Of a stretch of DNA of 64,000 nucleotides, positions 31,550-42,368 are shown piece by piece. Each line of letters starts with the position of its first letter. The first letter of the stretch is position 1. This DNA comes from Candidatus Eiseniibacteriota bacterium. GTDB lineage: Bacteria > Eisenbacteria > RBG-16-71-46 > CAIMUX01 > VGJL01. The DNA lies in assembly GCA_963792585.1 (NCBI GenBank), contig CAWBWI010000001.1, forward strand, positions 256,001 through 320,000, read 5' to 3'. The notes beneath the pieces were generated by a model that was not told the origin of the DNA, searched no databases, and saw nothing but the letters and a program-made list of their open reading frames with translations. Both the position numbers and the translations under genes were made by a program.

Positions 31550-32107
31550 TCAATCAGTCTTGAGTTTGCCCTTGCGACGTAGCAGATCGATTTGCGCCAG
31601 GACGTATGCGAGGAACGCCGGTCGCTCGTCCGGGCCGTAGCACTTGCTGAGGGACGCAACCCACTCCGCGTTTTCGGCGTCCTGAGCAAACACATCCGGG
31701 AGGATCATCTGGAGGTACACCTGAAAAGCTATGAACATGGGCTCGTGCTGTCCTGTGAGTGTAGTCCACCTCAGGGTCGCATCGAAAAGGAGAACCTCCG
31801 TAAGTGCGGGGTCGAAGTCGATCTCCTCGTCGGGGTCCTGATCAGCATGCTTGAAGAAGTTTGCGGGTGCGTTGATCCGTCGGATGTACTCCTTTTGGTA
31901 GCTCGGGATGATTCGGTCTAGGGCCACATCCTTCACGAGCATGGGACCGCTACCTCGTGCCCGGCTGACGCCCCGGACGAGTTCGTGACCCGCGGCCGCT
32001 AGCGTATGGGTTGCTGCTGGATCGCCATTTGCGAAGTACAGCTGAAGCGCAGTGATGATCTGGCGTTTGGCAGCATCTAGTTTCGTAAGCTTGAGCTTCT
32101 CGGCCAT
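31550..32107 (-). CDS. Hypothetical protein (NFFKHAD motif, HEPN-like helical fold possible)
   Basis: TKLDAAKRQIITALQLYF..D..ATHTLAAAG, NAPANFFKHADQDP. Confidence 0.7.
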   Translation of the reverse strand: MAEKLKLTKLDAAKRQIITALQLYFANGDPAATHTLAAAGHELVRGVSRARGSGPMLVKDVALDRIIPSYQKEYIRRINAPANFFKHADQDPDEEIDFDPALTEVLLFDATLRWTTLTGQHEPMFIAFQVYLQMILPDVFAQDAENAEWVASLSKCYGPDERPAFLAYVLAQIDLLRRKGKLKTD

Positions 32108-32588
32108 GAGTCCCTCACCTTTCGAGCCGCAGCAGTGTGGTCCGATATTCGCAGCTGACCTCGGTACGGGCCAGCTCTGCGCCCTCCATCTTGCCACGGT
32201 TTCAGCAGCGACGTCGAATCAGATACTGGCGGAAGTGCGCCCAATGCGGAGTGGTGATCTGGGTCGCGAGAGGGGAGAAGTTAGCTGGATGGGAGGCGAC
32301 ATCTGTTGACGCCCCGTCCAGCCCTCGTCTAGCCCCTTGCCGTCGCTGCCTTCATTGGCGATAATCGGCTCCGGCATCTTGCGACGGCCACGAGCGTGTA
32401 CCCAGGGCCTATCATAGGCGGGTGACGTCGGGTCCATTTCCTTCTGTCGGAACTACGAATCGTGTTGAACGATCCCGCACTCCACGCGTTCATACGAGCG
32501 GGTTCATCCTAGTACCGAACGGCATGTTGAGCTGTCCGGCCGGGTCCATTCGACTGAGCGGAACTCGGCCGAGAGGGAAGTCACGACC

Positions 32589-33557
32589 ATGAACTCGAGA
32601 CTCGGAGAGCGTGTCCGGGCGGTGGTTGCTCTGGGGTTTACCGTTGTCTTGTCCCTTAGCCTCATCGGCGAAGCGTCGGCTCTCAAGCCAGTCCGTGGAT
32701 ATGCCGCCACGCCAGGTGAGTACGGGATCGTCTATCAAGAGGTAACATTCCAGTCTCCAGATAGCCTCCGGCTCGTCGGCTGGTTCTATCCCGCGCAGGA
32801 CACGATGGGAATCGCCAATGACCTGGTGGGTCGCGTGATCCCTGTGCCGGAGAAGCTCCGGCGAGCACCGCGGCTGTACCCCGCCAAGAGTCGCGCAGGC
32901 CTCCCCACGATTGTCATCTGTGATGGCGATGGGGGGAACATGTCGGACCTCATCTTCTACGCCTACAACTTCTTCACTCGAGGCTTCAACGTCTTCACGT
33001 TCGATTGGCGCGGCTTCGGCCAGAGTGCAGACTGGCCCATGGATTCCGATCAGCTCTGTTGCAGCGAGTTCCTCCGCGACTACGACGCTGCCCTGGGCTA
33101 TGTCGAGACGCGACCTGAGGTCGACCCGCAGATGATCGCTCTGCTGGGGTTCTCGACGGGCGCCTACCTTTCCTTTGCCATGCTGGAGACCCATCACGAA
33201 GTTGCGGCGTTCGCTGGTCGAGCGCTCCTGACGAGCTACGATGACGTCCTGCCCATCCTCCATCAACTTGATCCGAGTAGGAATTGGCACGCCCCTGCTG
33301 ACTATCCATCTGCCCTTCTGCCGATCCATGTCGCGACGCACATTGGCGTTCCCGTCCTGCTTGTGGTGGGGGAGAAGGACCCGAGAACACCCCCTTGGAT
33401 GTCGGAGAAGATCTTGAGTCAGCTCAAGGGACCGAAGGAGCTATGGATTGTGCCCGGAGCCGGGCATGGCAGGGCTTCCGCACCGGAGTTTACCAACTAC
33501 CCGGAGTTCTTCGACCGCGTCGCTGGGTTCTTCGGCAAGCACTTGAGGCGATCTTGA
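32589..33557 (+). CDS. Secreted alpha/beta-hydrolase
   Basis: Signal peptide, FDWRGFGQS, nucleophile elbow GFSTG, GEKD, GAGH. Confidence 0.88.
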   Translation: MNSRLGERVRAVVALGFTVVLSLSLIGEASALKPVRGYAATPGEYGIVYQEVTFQSPDSLRLVGWFYPAQDTMGIANDLVGRVIPVPEKLRRAPRLYPAKSRAGLPTIVICDGDGGNMSDLIFYAYNFFTRGFNVFTFDWRGFGQSADWPMDSDQLCCSEFLRDYDAALGYVETRPEVDPQMIALLGFSTGAYLSFAMLETHHEVAAFAGRALLTSYDDVLPILHQLDPSRNWHAPADYPSALLPIHVATHIGVPVLLVVGEKDPRTPPWMSEKILSQLKGPKELWIVPGAGHGRASAPEFTNYPEFFDRVAGFFGKHLRRS

Positions 33558-33663
33558 ACGTGCGGGCCGAGCGTGCTCCTTAGGCGATTCTGTCTGGATA
33601 CCCCGCGGTTACGTTCGAGCGAGGATTCCCGGCCGCAGCCGCCGCGGGGGAGTGGCAGGCTAC

Positions 33664-33933
33664 TCAGCGGCTGACTGAGCCGTCCGGCTCCTCGACATCC
33701 AGCTTCACGCGTTGCTTTGTCCTCCCGGCGCTCGCGGTTACGAGGTGTCGGATCGCGTCGATCATGCGTCCCGTGCTTGCCGATCACCATGCCGATCTCA
33801 CCCGGGGCGACTCGCACGCTCAAGTCAACTCCGTGGTCGGCTGGGCGTCGACGGTGACCTTCACGGCCTCCGGCTGGTCGACGACCATCTGAACCAATCG
33901 GCGTGCGAATTCCTGAAGCTCGGCGTGAGCCAA
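33664..33933 (-). CDS. KhpA-like single-KH-domain RNA-binding protein (two indels)
   Basis: AGGAGG RBS plus TTG; LQEFARRLVQMVVDQPEAVKV...LSVRVAPGEIGMVIGKHG.MIDAIRHLVTASAG...RVKLDV. Confidence 0.75.
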
Positions 33934-34316
33934 TCTCGGCCTCCTGCAGCTCTGTGATGGAGAACGGCCTTCGATGGAGAGGATGATCGTGAACAGCTCG
34001 CCCGACAGAACACCCACCCCGGTTCGTTCAGCTCCCTCGATGCGTGGCTCCGCGGAGCGTGGAGGGTGGATGGGCACCCCTGGGTCCCAAGAACCCGCAC
34101 CTACCTCTCCCAGGAACTCGTCACGAGAAGCGAATCGGCGAGAATATCCGCTATAGTTGCGGCCCTGTCAACTCTCTTGCTAACTGGCAGGTCGTCGCTG
34201 CTCGGCTCGCACCCCACGAACGTCTGCCGGAGGTCGGGCCGGTCGCCCGGGCGTACTCGTCATCCTTGACGGAACGCCCCTCCTCGGATGGCTTGGGGCA
34301 GGGATTCCCCGGGCAC

Positions 34317-34868
34317 TCATGCTGCCGGGCGCTGTCGCGCTGGCGCGAAGGGGAATGCGCTGCACCCGAGTGCCTGAATCAGTGGGAAGGTGCTCAAGGG
34401 GCCGAGGCGCTCACGGACGGATGCGATCCTGTCTTGGGCGCCCAAGGGGTCGCCCTGGACCGTGGGCAGTCCATCATCCCGATCCGGGTAGAAGGGAGCC
34501 GTGACGGTGAGGACGACTGCCTGGACGTCCGTGAACTCATACTCGGATAGCAGGATGAAGGCATCCTCGAGGGTCTTGATGGCGCGAATCCGCTCCTCCG
34601 AAAGGACGAGGGAGACGGAATTCGCGCGTTCCACGGAAAGAGGATCGACGGGTTGTTCCGATACTGCGTGGTCCAACTCTCGCTGGATCTCCCCTAGACG
34701 GTGCAGGTCCCTGCACGTGTCGAACATCAAGGATCTCCAGACATGAGCGATGCCCGGCATGTAGAAGAACGATTCCAGCATGGTGATGTAGAAGTCGCGA
34801 GCCAGCGTCTTGGCGACGATTAGGGCGTTCATCAGGGTCCCCAGGGTACAAGAACTGTAGGTCTCCAC
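34317..34868 (-). CDS. Hypothetical helical protein, paralog of 34924-35445
   Basis: GAGGAGG RBS plus GTG; shares TLGTL, FY..M.ESF, IA.VWRSL.F, QPV, ERA, RIR.I.TLEDA, EYE, VT.PFYP, PLG.Q.RIAS..ER.G. Confidence 0.75.
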   Translation of the reverse strand: METYSSCTLGTLMNALIVAKTLARDFYITMLESFFYMPGIAHVWRSLMFDTCRDLHRLGEIQRELDHAVSEQPVDPLSVERANSVSLVLSEERIRAIKTLEDAFILLSEYEFTDVQAVVLTVTAPFYPDRDDGLPTVQGDPLGAQDRIASVRERLGPLSTFPLIQALGCSAFPFAPARQRPAA

Positions 34869-34923
34869 GGTTCCAATCCTCCTCGAGCGCCTACGCAATC
34901 ACGGGAATCGATGTCGCCAGTCG

Positions 34924-35445
34924 TCAGGGCTGGGCGTGATCGTGGTAGACAAGGACGAGTGGGAAGATACTCGGGTTCCCGAAGCGCTCGGCCATTGATG
35001 CGATTCGATGCTGCGTGCCCAGCGGTGGGGGCGTCGAGATTCGGGCGCCATCGAGATGAGGATAGAACGGACCCGTGACCTGGAGGGCGATGTCCTGGAG
35101 ACCGGTGGCCTCGTACTCACACGCGAGCCGATGCGCGTCCTCAAGTGTTCGGATGGATCGGATCCGGTCGTCGGACAGGATCGATTGGACTTCGCGGGCG
35201 CGTTCTAGAGCCGTCGTCTCGACCGGCTGGTCGGCCATGAGGGGAGACACCACGGATTGGATCGCTTTCAGTCTCTCAAGCAGTCTGCTCTCCTCGAACA
35301 GCAGCGACCGCCAGACCTGGGCGATGGTGGGAAGGTGAACGAAGCTCTCGATCATGGCGAGGTAGAAGTTGCGGCCGAGGGTCTTGCCTGTGATCACCGA
35401 AGTGAGCAGAGTACCCAGTGTGTGGGTGGAACTGGTAGCGAGCAT
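34924..35445 (-). CDS. Hypothetical helical protein, paralog of 34317-34868
   Basis: Same shared motifs as its tandem neighbour. Confidence 0.75.
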   Translation of the reverse strand: MLATSSTHTLGTLLTSVITGKTLGRNFYLAMIESFVHLPTIAQVWRSLLFEESRLLERLKAIQSVVSPLMADQPVETTALERAREVQSILSDDRIRSIRTLEDAHRLACEYEATGLQDIALQVTGPFYPHLDGARISTPPPLGTQHRIASMAERFGNPSIFPLVLVYHDHAQP

Positions 35446-36079
35446 TGCTCCGGCTCTCCTTGCCTCGGGGGGCCGGTCGATAGAGGAGAACGGATTGCTC
35501 GGGGGGCCCCACCGGGTCGCTTGCAGGTAACGCGGCTTCTCTGACCTGCCTCCTTATAGTTGCCGAATGCGCGGCCGTGAGCTGCTGGGAGACTTCTCCC
35601 ATGTGAAGTAGTCGGCAAGCGTGAAGTTGGAGAATAGGCCTTAGTTCACGGATATCGGCGATCGAGGTCGAGGTCTCGCAGCGACAGAACCGAAGGTGAG
35701 AACCTGTGAGCGAGGGTGACGCGCTTGGTATGCTCCTCGCTTCGTCACCCTCGCTTCAGCTTGTCCAAGTTATCGCGCCCTGGGGACACCTGGGGGATCA
35801 GCTGCACACCCGTCTAGATCGGGGTCAGGCTGAGAGTCTCCCGGGGCACTGCCCTACAGTCAGCTCAACAAAAGATTATGACATGTATTAGCGTGGCTGT
35901 CAATCCCGCGGATCGGGCGTGTCAGGAGCTTCGCAGAAGAGGATCAGACGCTCTCCCGCACGGCCGGACAAGGTGCTACGCTCCATTCCGTCATTGCCCG
36001 GGGGTGAGAATGACGCCAGTGACGAATCCGGCGGGCAACCCAGAGTCGATCCGCGACCTGCGTTGCGATCCAGCGTGAG

Positions 36080-39019
36080 ATGAACGTCTCTCAGTTCATC
36101 GCCAAGTGGCGGCCGGTCGCTCTGACGGAGCGCTCTGCCTCGCAGCAGCACTTCCTTGACCTCTGCGAAGTCCTCGACCATCCAAAGCCCGCCGAAGCCG
36201 ATCCGCTGGGTGAGTCGTTCACCTTCGAGCGTGGGGCCTCCAAAACCGGCGGCGGTGAGGGCTGGGCGGACGTCTGGAAGCGCGGTTACTTCGGTTGGGA
36301 GTACAAGGGGAAGCACAAGGATCTGGTCGCCGCCTACCAGCAGCTCCTCATGTACCGCGAAGCACTCGAGAACCCGCCCCTCCTCGTCGTCTGCGACATG
36401 GACCGCATTGTTATCCATACGAACTTCACGAACACCCCGAACGTGATCCATGAAATTCGCCTGGAGGAGCTCGATACCCCCCGCAGCCTGGAGATCCTCC
36501 GGGCGGTGTTCAACGAGCCCGAGAAGCTCAAGCCCGGCGCGACCAGCGCTGCAATCACCGAAGAAGCGGCGTCCCACCTGGCCGAGATAGCACAGTCGCT
36601 GCGCGAGGCCGGTCACGATCCCCTGGATGTCGCCCGGTTCCTCGATCGCATCATCTTCAGCCTCTTCGCCGAGGATATTGGCCTGCTTCCGCCGAAGGTC
36701 TTCTTCCGCATAGTGGAGAAATCCCGACGCGATCCCAGCCGTTTCGAGCGGCAACTCGAGCAACTGTTCGTTGCGATGGCGAAGGGCGGCGATTTCGGTG
36801 CCGACGAGATTCGGTATTTCAACGGCAACCTCTTCAACAATGAGAAGCCCTTGAAGCTCACCGATGATGCGATCGAGCGGATCTACCAGGCTGCCTGCCT
36901 AGACTGGAGCTCCGTGGAGCCGTCGATCTTTGGGACGCTCTTCGAGCGTGGGCTGGACCCCGAGAAGCGTTCCCAGATCGGCGCGCACTACACAAGCCGT
37001 CAGGACATCGAGACCCTGGTGGAGCCAGTCATCATGCAGCCACTTAGGCGGGAATGGGATGAGGTCCGCCGTGTGGCGGCGGAAGCTCTTGCCAAGGATA
37101 TTAAGAAAGCCGGTGACGGCACGAACCTGGCCCGTGGCAAGCGCTTCAAACAAACTGAGAGCGATGCCGATGTTCTCCTGAAGCACTTCCTGCAGCGCCT
37201 CTCCGAGATTAAGGTACTCGACCCAGCCTGCGGGTCCGGAAACTTTCTCTACGTCACACTCCAGAAGCTCAAGGACCTCGAGAAGGAGGTCGTCGTCTGG
37301 GCAATGGAGCATGACCTGCCCAGCCACTTCCCGGGTGTGGGGCCATGGCAGCTCTACGGGATCGAGATCAATCCCTACGCATTCGAACTCGCCCAGATGA
37401 CTGTTTGGATCGGCTACCTTCAGTGGGTCAAGTTCAATGGCTTTGAGGTCGGACCCGATCCCATCTTGAAGCCCATGGACACGTTCCGGTGCATGGACGC
37501 GATTCTTGACCTGAACGATCCGCAGAATCCAAAGGAGCCCGAGTGGCCTGCGGTGGACTTCATCGTGGGGAATCCACCATTCCTAGGCTCTCGACTCATG
37601 CGTGCAGAATTAGGGGAGGACTATTGCAGGCACCTCTTTCATAGGTACCAAGCCCGAATGGGCGGTCGCCCCGACCTCTGTTGCTATTGGTTTGAAAAGG
37701 CCCGCGAGTATGTTGAGAACGGAAGCTGCAAGCGAGTGGGCCTGCTGGGAACGCAAGGTATCCGTGGTGGAACGAATCGCAAAGTGCTTCAACGGATCAA
37801 GGAAACTGGTGACATCTTCTGGGCGGTCAGCGACCGAGAATGGATGCTCGACGGGGCGGTTGTCCATGTGTCCATGGTCGGTTTCGACAAGAAGGAAGAA
37901 AGAACCCGGGAGGTCGATGGTCGATCTGTATGCTCAATCAACGCCGACTTGACGAGCGGAGTCGACACAACTCTCGCCCTACCTTTACGCGAGGACGCCA
38001 ACATCGGCTTTCAGGGCAGCATCAAGCGCGGGTCATTCGATATTGATCAGCCAACCGCCTTGGACTTGCTACGTCACGGAGGTAACCCGACCGGCCAACC
38101 AAACAGCGACGTTCTCTTCCCTTATCTCAATGCGTCTGATCTCTCGGCGAGAAGTCGCGATGTGTGGATCATTGACTTCGGCAGGTTGTCGGAGGACGAG
38201 GCGTCGCAGTATGAGCGTCCGTACGAACATATCAAGACGACGGTGTATCCCGAGAGACTTGCCACCAAAGATGCGGAGGCCATCAGAACCTGGTGGATCC
38301 ATTGGCGAACTAGGCCAGAACTCACGATCGCTATTGGGTCTCTTCCCAGGTTCATAACGACTCCGCGCGTCGCCAAACACCGGGTGTTCTGCTGGCTCAC
38401 CGCCCCGATCTACCCGGATTGCGCGCTTGTCGTTCTCGCGCGTCCAGATGACTATGCATTTGGTGTCCTCCATTCCCGGATCCACGAGAGGTGGGCTCGG
38501 GCGCAGGGAACACAACTCCGAGAGCGCGAGAGCGGGTTCCGGTACACCCCGACCAGCTGCTTCGAGACCTTCCCTCTTCCATGGGCACCCGGCACCGAAC
38601 CGCAGGCCGACCCGAAGGTACATGCCATCGCGGCCGCCGCCCGTGAGCTGGATGAGTTCCGCACGCGCTGGCTCAACCCGCCTGAGTGGGTCCGCGAGGA
38701 GTCGCTGGAGTTCCCAGGGTCTATTACTGGCCCCTGGGCCCGCTACGTCCACGATCCCGATGCCCGAGGAATCGGCGTGGTTCGCTACCCACGCATCGTT
38801 GCCCGCGACGCCGAATGCGCCGCGAAGCTTGCCCAGCGGACGTTGACGAACCTCTACAACGAGAGGCCGACATGGCTCGCACTCGCGCACGAGAAGCTGG
38901 ATGCGGCGGTGTTCGGGGCTTACGGATGGGATCCATCAATGGGGGACGAGGGGATTCTCGAGAAGCTGCTCGAGATGAATCTGGAGCGGGCTGTGGCAGC
39001 CGAGCGATTTCCAAGATGA
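36080..39019 (+). CDS. MmeI-like (type IIL/IIG) restriction-modification fusion, N6-adenine MTase
   Basis: N-terminal ERSASQQHFLDLC...ADVWKRG..WEYKG; GAHYT, LDPACGSGNF, IVGNPPF; C-terminal AHEKLDAAVFGAYGW. Confidence 0.9.
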   Translation: MNVSQFIAKWRPVALTERSASQQHFLDLCEVLDHPKPAEADPLGESFTFERGASKTGGGEGWADVWKRGYFGWEYKGKHKDLVAAYQQLLMYREALENPPLLVVCDMDRIVIHTNFTNTPNVIHEIRLEELDTPRSLEILRAVFNEPEKLKPGATSAAITEEAASHLAEIAQSLREAGHDPLDVARFLDRIIFSLFAEDIGLLPPKVFFRIVEKSRRDPSRFERQLEQLFVAMAKGGDFGADEIRYFNGNLFNNEKPLKLTDDAIERIYQAACLDWSSVEPSIFGTLFERGLDPEKRSQIGAHYTSRQDIETLVEPVIMQPLRREWDEVRRVAAEALAKDIKKAGDGTNLARGKRFKQTESDADVLLKHFLQRLSEIKVLDPACGSGNFLYVTLQKLKDLEKEVVVWAMEHDLPSHFPGVGPWQLYGIEINPYAFELAQMTVWIGYLQWVKFNGFEVGPDPILKPMDTFRCMDAILDLNDPQNPKEPEWPAVDFIVGNPPFLGSRLMRAELGEDYCRHLFHRYQARMGGRPDLCCYWFEKAREYVENGSCKRVGLLGTQGIRGGTNRKVLQRIKETGDIFWAVSDREWMLDGAVVHVSMVGFDKKEERTREVDGRSVCSINADLTSGVDTTLALPLREDANIGFQGSIKRGSFDIDQPTALDLLRHGGNPTGQPNSDVLFPYLNASDLSARSRDVWIIDFGRLSEDEASQYERPYEHIKTTVYPERLATKDAEAIRTWWIHWRTRPELTIAIGSLPRFITTPRVAKHRVFCWLTAPIYPDCALVVLARPDDYAFGVLHSRIHERWARAQGTQLRERESGFRYTPTSCFETFPLPWAPGTEPQADPKVHAIAAAARELDEFRTRWLNPPEWVREESLEFPGSITGPWARYVHDPDARGIGVVRYPRIVARDAECAAKLAQRTLTNLYNERPTWLALAHEKLDAAVFGAYGWDPSMGDEGILEKLLEMNLERAVAAERFPR

Positions 39020-39676
39020 ACCTCCTCACAGAACTAAAGATCACTGATCACATCACGGGCCACGCGGAGGACTACGTGGTCGAGATCCCCGATAGCCTTT
39101 TGCCAGCTCTTCGGGACTATCTGAGCTACTCGGCGGAGCTGGCTGCGGCACCCCTCGTCCGTGAGGGGATACCCCATGAATTCACATTTACTTGGTCGAA
39201 GGACAGAGCCGCTGGCGGCCAGTGGCAAGCTTCCCGACTATAGGGATCTGGTCTTCGTGATGCACAAGATGAGGCCGTTCATTCTTGAGCGCGAGCGCAC
39301 GTCTTTCACGCGTGTGCTCTCCCGGCTTGGAAAATACCTCGCCCACGACTCGTTTCGGGACTGCCTGGGATCTCTCAGGGAAAGATGGACCGGGCGTGAA
39401 TTCGAGTCGCAGGTGCAGTTCTACTCGATGGGCCGAGCGGTCAGGTGTGAGCAGTTCCTAATGAACTGGCTCTATGCCTACGAGTATCACCGCAACCAGG
39501 TGAGGAAGGCTGAAGTGGATTCATTGTTGCGAGGCATGCCAGTCGAGTTGTCGCGCTTCATCTTCGTTGCGACCATCGCGGAGAAGGTCACTGCCGTCCT
39601 CGGGCTCAGTCAGCTCGTTGAAGCGGCCATGGGCAAACGCGATCACACGGAATGGGTGGTCAGATCTCCAGGATGA
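39016..39676 (+). CDS. Hypothetical protein coupled to the RM gene (indel near 39200)
   Basis: ATGA overlap with the RM stop. ORF 38686-39243 (3' part) and 39161-39676 join into one plausible protein. Confidence 0.6.
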
Positions 39677-39856
39677 TCTATGAAATGTAGGCATTGGGGC
39701 CCGGCGGATCCGATTCGGGAGCCGTGGGAGCCGAAAGTTGTCGCTTTTCGAGCGGCGCGCGTCGACGCAACTCTGAAGGAGGCGCCGAAGGCGAAGACCG
39801 AGGGGGAAAACATGGAGCCGTTTGGGGGGAAGAAAAGAGGCGGGAGAAAGCACTAG

Positions 39857-40696
39857 ATGGAGATCTTCATTAGTTGGTCGGGGAATCGCAGCAGGAGGCT
39901 GGCGGAGGCGTTCCGTGACTGGATGCCTAGGGTCATCCAGGCGGTCGAACCTTGGATGTCTCCCGATATCGAGAAAGGTCTGCGCTGGAATTCGGAGTTG
40001 ACGGGGCGTCTAGAATCATCGCAGGTTGGCCTTATCTGCCTCACCCCGGAAAGCCTCAACGCCCCTTGGATCCTCTTCGAAGCAGGTGCGCTCTCAAGAC
40101 CGAGCCGAGCGCATGTCTGCACAATTCTCCTAGGGCTCGCTCCCTCTGACGTCGAGATGCCCCTTGCCCAGTTTGACCATACCGCGCTGGATCAGAAGGA
40201 AGAGATCCTGAAACTGGTTAGGACCATCAACGGGGTGGTAAAGGACGCGAAAGAGCGGGCTCCGGATGAGGCGGTGCTCATCGACACCTTTGAAAAATAC
40301 TATCCGGACTTGGATAAGGCCATCTGCGGCATTGCTTCACTTCCGTCAGCCGCCCCGTCTCGAGGAAGAACTGAACGGCAACTCTTAGAGGAGCTGCTTG
40401 AAATCAGCCGAGACCTACACCGAGAAACCGTTGGACGACGCGCGCAGCAGATCGTAGATGGGCCGTCATCGGGGTTGGGCAACAAATCCAGAAGAATCGC
40501 CCTCGAGCAGCTACTTGCGGCTCTTGACCCTTCCATAGCCAGGCGGGCCGCTCTCATGCTCGACCCCTCCTCGGATGCCGATATGCGTTATCGCGCATGG
40601 TTGGAACGAAAGGCCCTTGAACTGAAAGGCGAGAATGATCCACCGGAAGTCCCGCCTCACGACGCGACAGAGACACCAGATGCCCCAGCAGAATAG
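39857..40696 (+). CDS. TIR-domain protein
   Basis: IFISWSG..SRRLAEAFRDW, PWMS.DIEKG.RW, GLICLTPESLNAPWILFEAGAL (catalytic Glu), PLAQF. Confidence 0.88.
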   Translation: MEIFISWSGNRSRRLAEAFRDWMPRVIQAVEPWMSPDIEKGLRWNSELTGRLESSQVGLICLTPESLNAPWILFEAGALSRPSRAHVCTILLGLAPSDVEMPLAQFDHTALDQKEEILKLVRTINGVVKDAKERAPDEAVLIDTFEKYYPDLDKAICGIASLPSAAPSRGRTERQLLEELLEISRDLHRETVGRRAQQIVDGPSSGLGNKSRRIALEQLLAALDPSIARRAALMLDPSSDADMRYRAWLERKALELKGENDPPEVPPHDATETPDAPAE

Positions 40697-40748
40697 ACGC
40701 AGGCAAGACAGAGATGACTGCTGAAGCTCCGAACAGGAGGTCAATCAC

Positions 40749-41390
40749 ATGGGCGTGATCGTGATTGGGATGGTTGCCGCGGCGATCGCGCTCACTGCGG
40801 TGCCCCTGATTAGAAGGCTCGTCAAACGCGGCGCGGACGATTGGGTTAGCATTCTTGTAACGGTGTCTGGGACCTTCCTGGGGTTCTCCCTGGCCCTGCT
40901 CGCCTCAGAGCATCAAGGTCGTTCGGAGATGCAAGCGCGGTTGATTGGGCTTCTCGTGAGCGCGGAGGCCGCCACCGAGGGGGCGAGAGATCATGCAGAA
41001 GCCGTTGCCAGGCTCGTCAATGGTCACGCCGACGGATACGGGAATCCCGATAGTCAAGAATATGTCGATGCCCTTAACTCGTTGGTGCTACCAGATGTCT
41101 TCTCGCCGATTCTCCATTCAGGAGAACTCTTCCTCCGTCTGTCACCTACGATGCAGCGACTCGTTCCGGTTTTCGCGGCAAGTTCCGAGCGGGATCGAAC
41201 ATGCATTCGGGGTGTGGGGCAGGTTGGGCGAATTCCGAGTTTTCTAGAACTAAACCTAAGAGTGCAGCGATCTTGCCTGAATGCTGAGATTGATTATCAA
41301 CAGGGGAGGCTCACCACCGCGCAGGTAGAGAAGGCCGTGTCCGATACGCTGAAGTTCTATGTCTGGGAGGTGATTTTTGGGGACGAGTAG
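40749..41390 (+). CDS. Hypothetical protein with two N-terminal TM helices
   Basis: AGGAGG RBS; two hydrophobic stretches within the first 55 aa. Confidence 0.7.
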   Translation: MGVIVIGMVAAAIALTAVPLIRRLVKRGADDWVSILVTVSGTFLGFSLALLASEHQGRSEMQARLIGLLVSAEAATEGARDHAEAVARLVNGHADGYGNPDSQEYVDALNSLVLPDVFSPILHSGELFLRLSPTMQRLVPVFAASSERDRTCIRGVGQVGRIPSFLELNLRVQRSCLNAEIDYQQGRLTTAQVEKAVSDTLKFYVWEVIFGDE

Positions 41391-41593
41391 TCAGAATCCT
41401 GCCCAAGAAATTCCCAGGAGTAGCGTTCTAGGTGACACCTTGCCAACTCGGGATGTAGCTAGCTTCTTGCGCCAAGGACTCGCGTTGCGCGGCGATCACT
41501 CGGGCACCTCCTCCTAAGCCGTCTTCCTCCACCTGATTACCGGCCCCTGTAGCGACGGACACTCACCCGACTGGGAGTGGGTCTATATGGCCG

Positions 41594-41792
41594 ATGCGCC
41601 TCGTCGAGCCCCCGGATTGCCGGGGTCAACGACGTAGGTGCTGTACCACGGATCAGCGAACTACGCGTTGGCGAGGGCGACCTTGGCAAGGTCATTGGGA
41701 AGCACGGGCACACCCTCAGGGCGCTGCGGACGATCCTGAGCGGTATCGGAACAAAGGAGCACAGGCGGGTGGTGCTGGAGATTCTGGAGTAG
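41594..41792 (+). pseudogene. Degenerate KhpA-like KH-domain gene
   Basis: ELRVGEGDLGKVIGKHGHTLRALRTILSGIGTKEHRRVVLEILE*; N-terminus decayed. Confidence 0.7.
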
Positions 41793-41900
41793 ATCGACGC
41801 GCGGATCCCGACCCGACGATGCTCCTGCCACACCCCCTCCGTGCTATGATCGAGCCGCGACAATCTGGACGTGCCCGGCTGGACGAATGGAGATCGACGA

Positions 41901-42161
41901 ATGCCGAAGAAAGGACATAGAGATCTCTTCCTGCGCTTCAACTTGGAATTGGGGCTGCGAATCCAAGCTGCGCGGCAAGCGAGGTCTCTGACCCAGGATC
42001 AACTTGCAGAACTTGCGGGTATGAACAGGCCTACTATTGGGATGATCGAGACCGGTCGCCAGGGGGTCGATTCGCTGAACCTCGTTCTGATCTGCAATGC
42101 CCTGGCTGTGAGTCCGACGAGGCTCCTGCCGAAGCTTCCCTTGCCGAAGCGCAGCCGGTAG
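41901..42161 (+). CDS. XRE-family HTH regulator
   Basis: LGLRIQAARQARSLTQDQLAELAGMNRPTIGMIETG...ICNALAVSP. Confidence 0.85.
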   Translation: MPKKGHRDLFLRFNLELGLRIQAARQARSLTQDQLAELAGMNRPTIGMIETGRQGVDSLNLVLICNALAVSPTRLLPKLPLPKRSR

Positions 42162-42368
42162 CGGCCAGGGGCGGCCCAGACTAACCTTCCCTGACTTGGC
42201 CTGATTCCCCCACGGTACGTCAACGGCTGTCATCCCCCCTGTTGCATGCTCGCCTCGCGTGGGCAGGGGCAGGTTGCCTCGCTGAATCAGGCTCTCCCGC
42301 CCTGCCCGCGCCCGTGGTACACTCGATGCGCCTTCGATCACGCGGATTCGATGAAGGGGAGGCTTACT

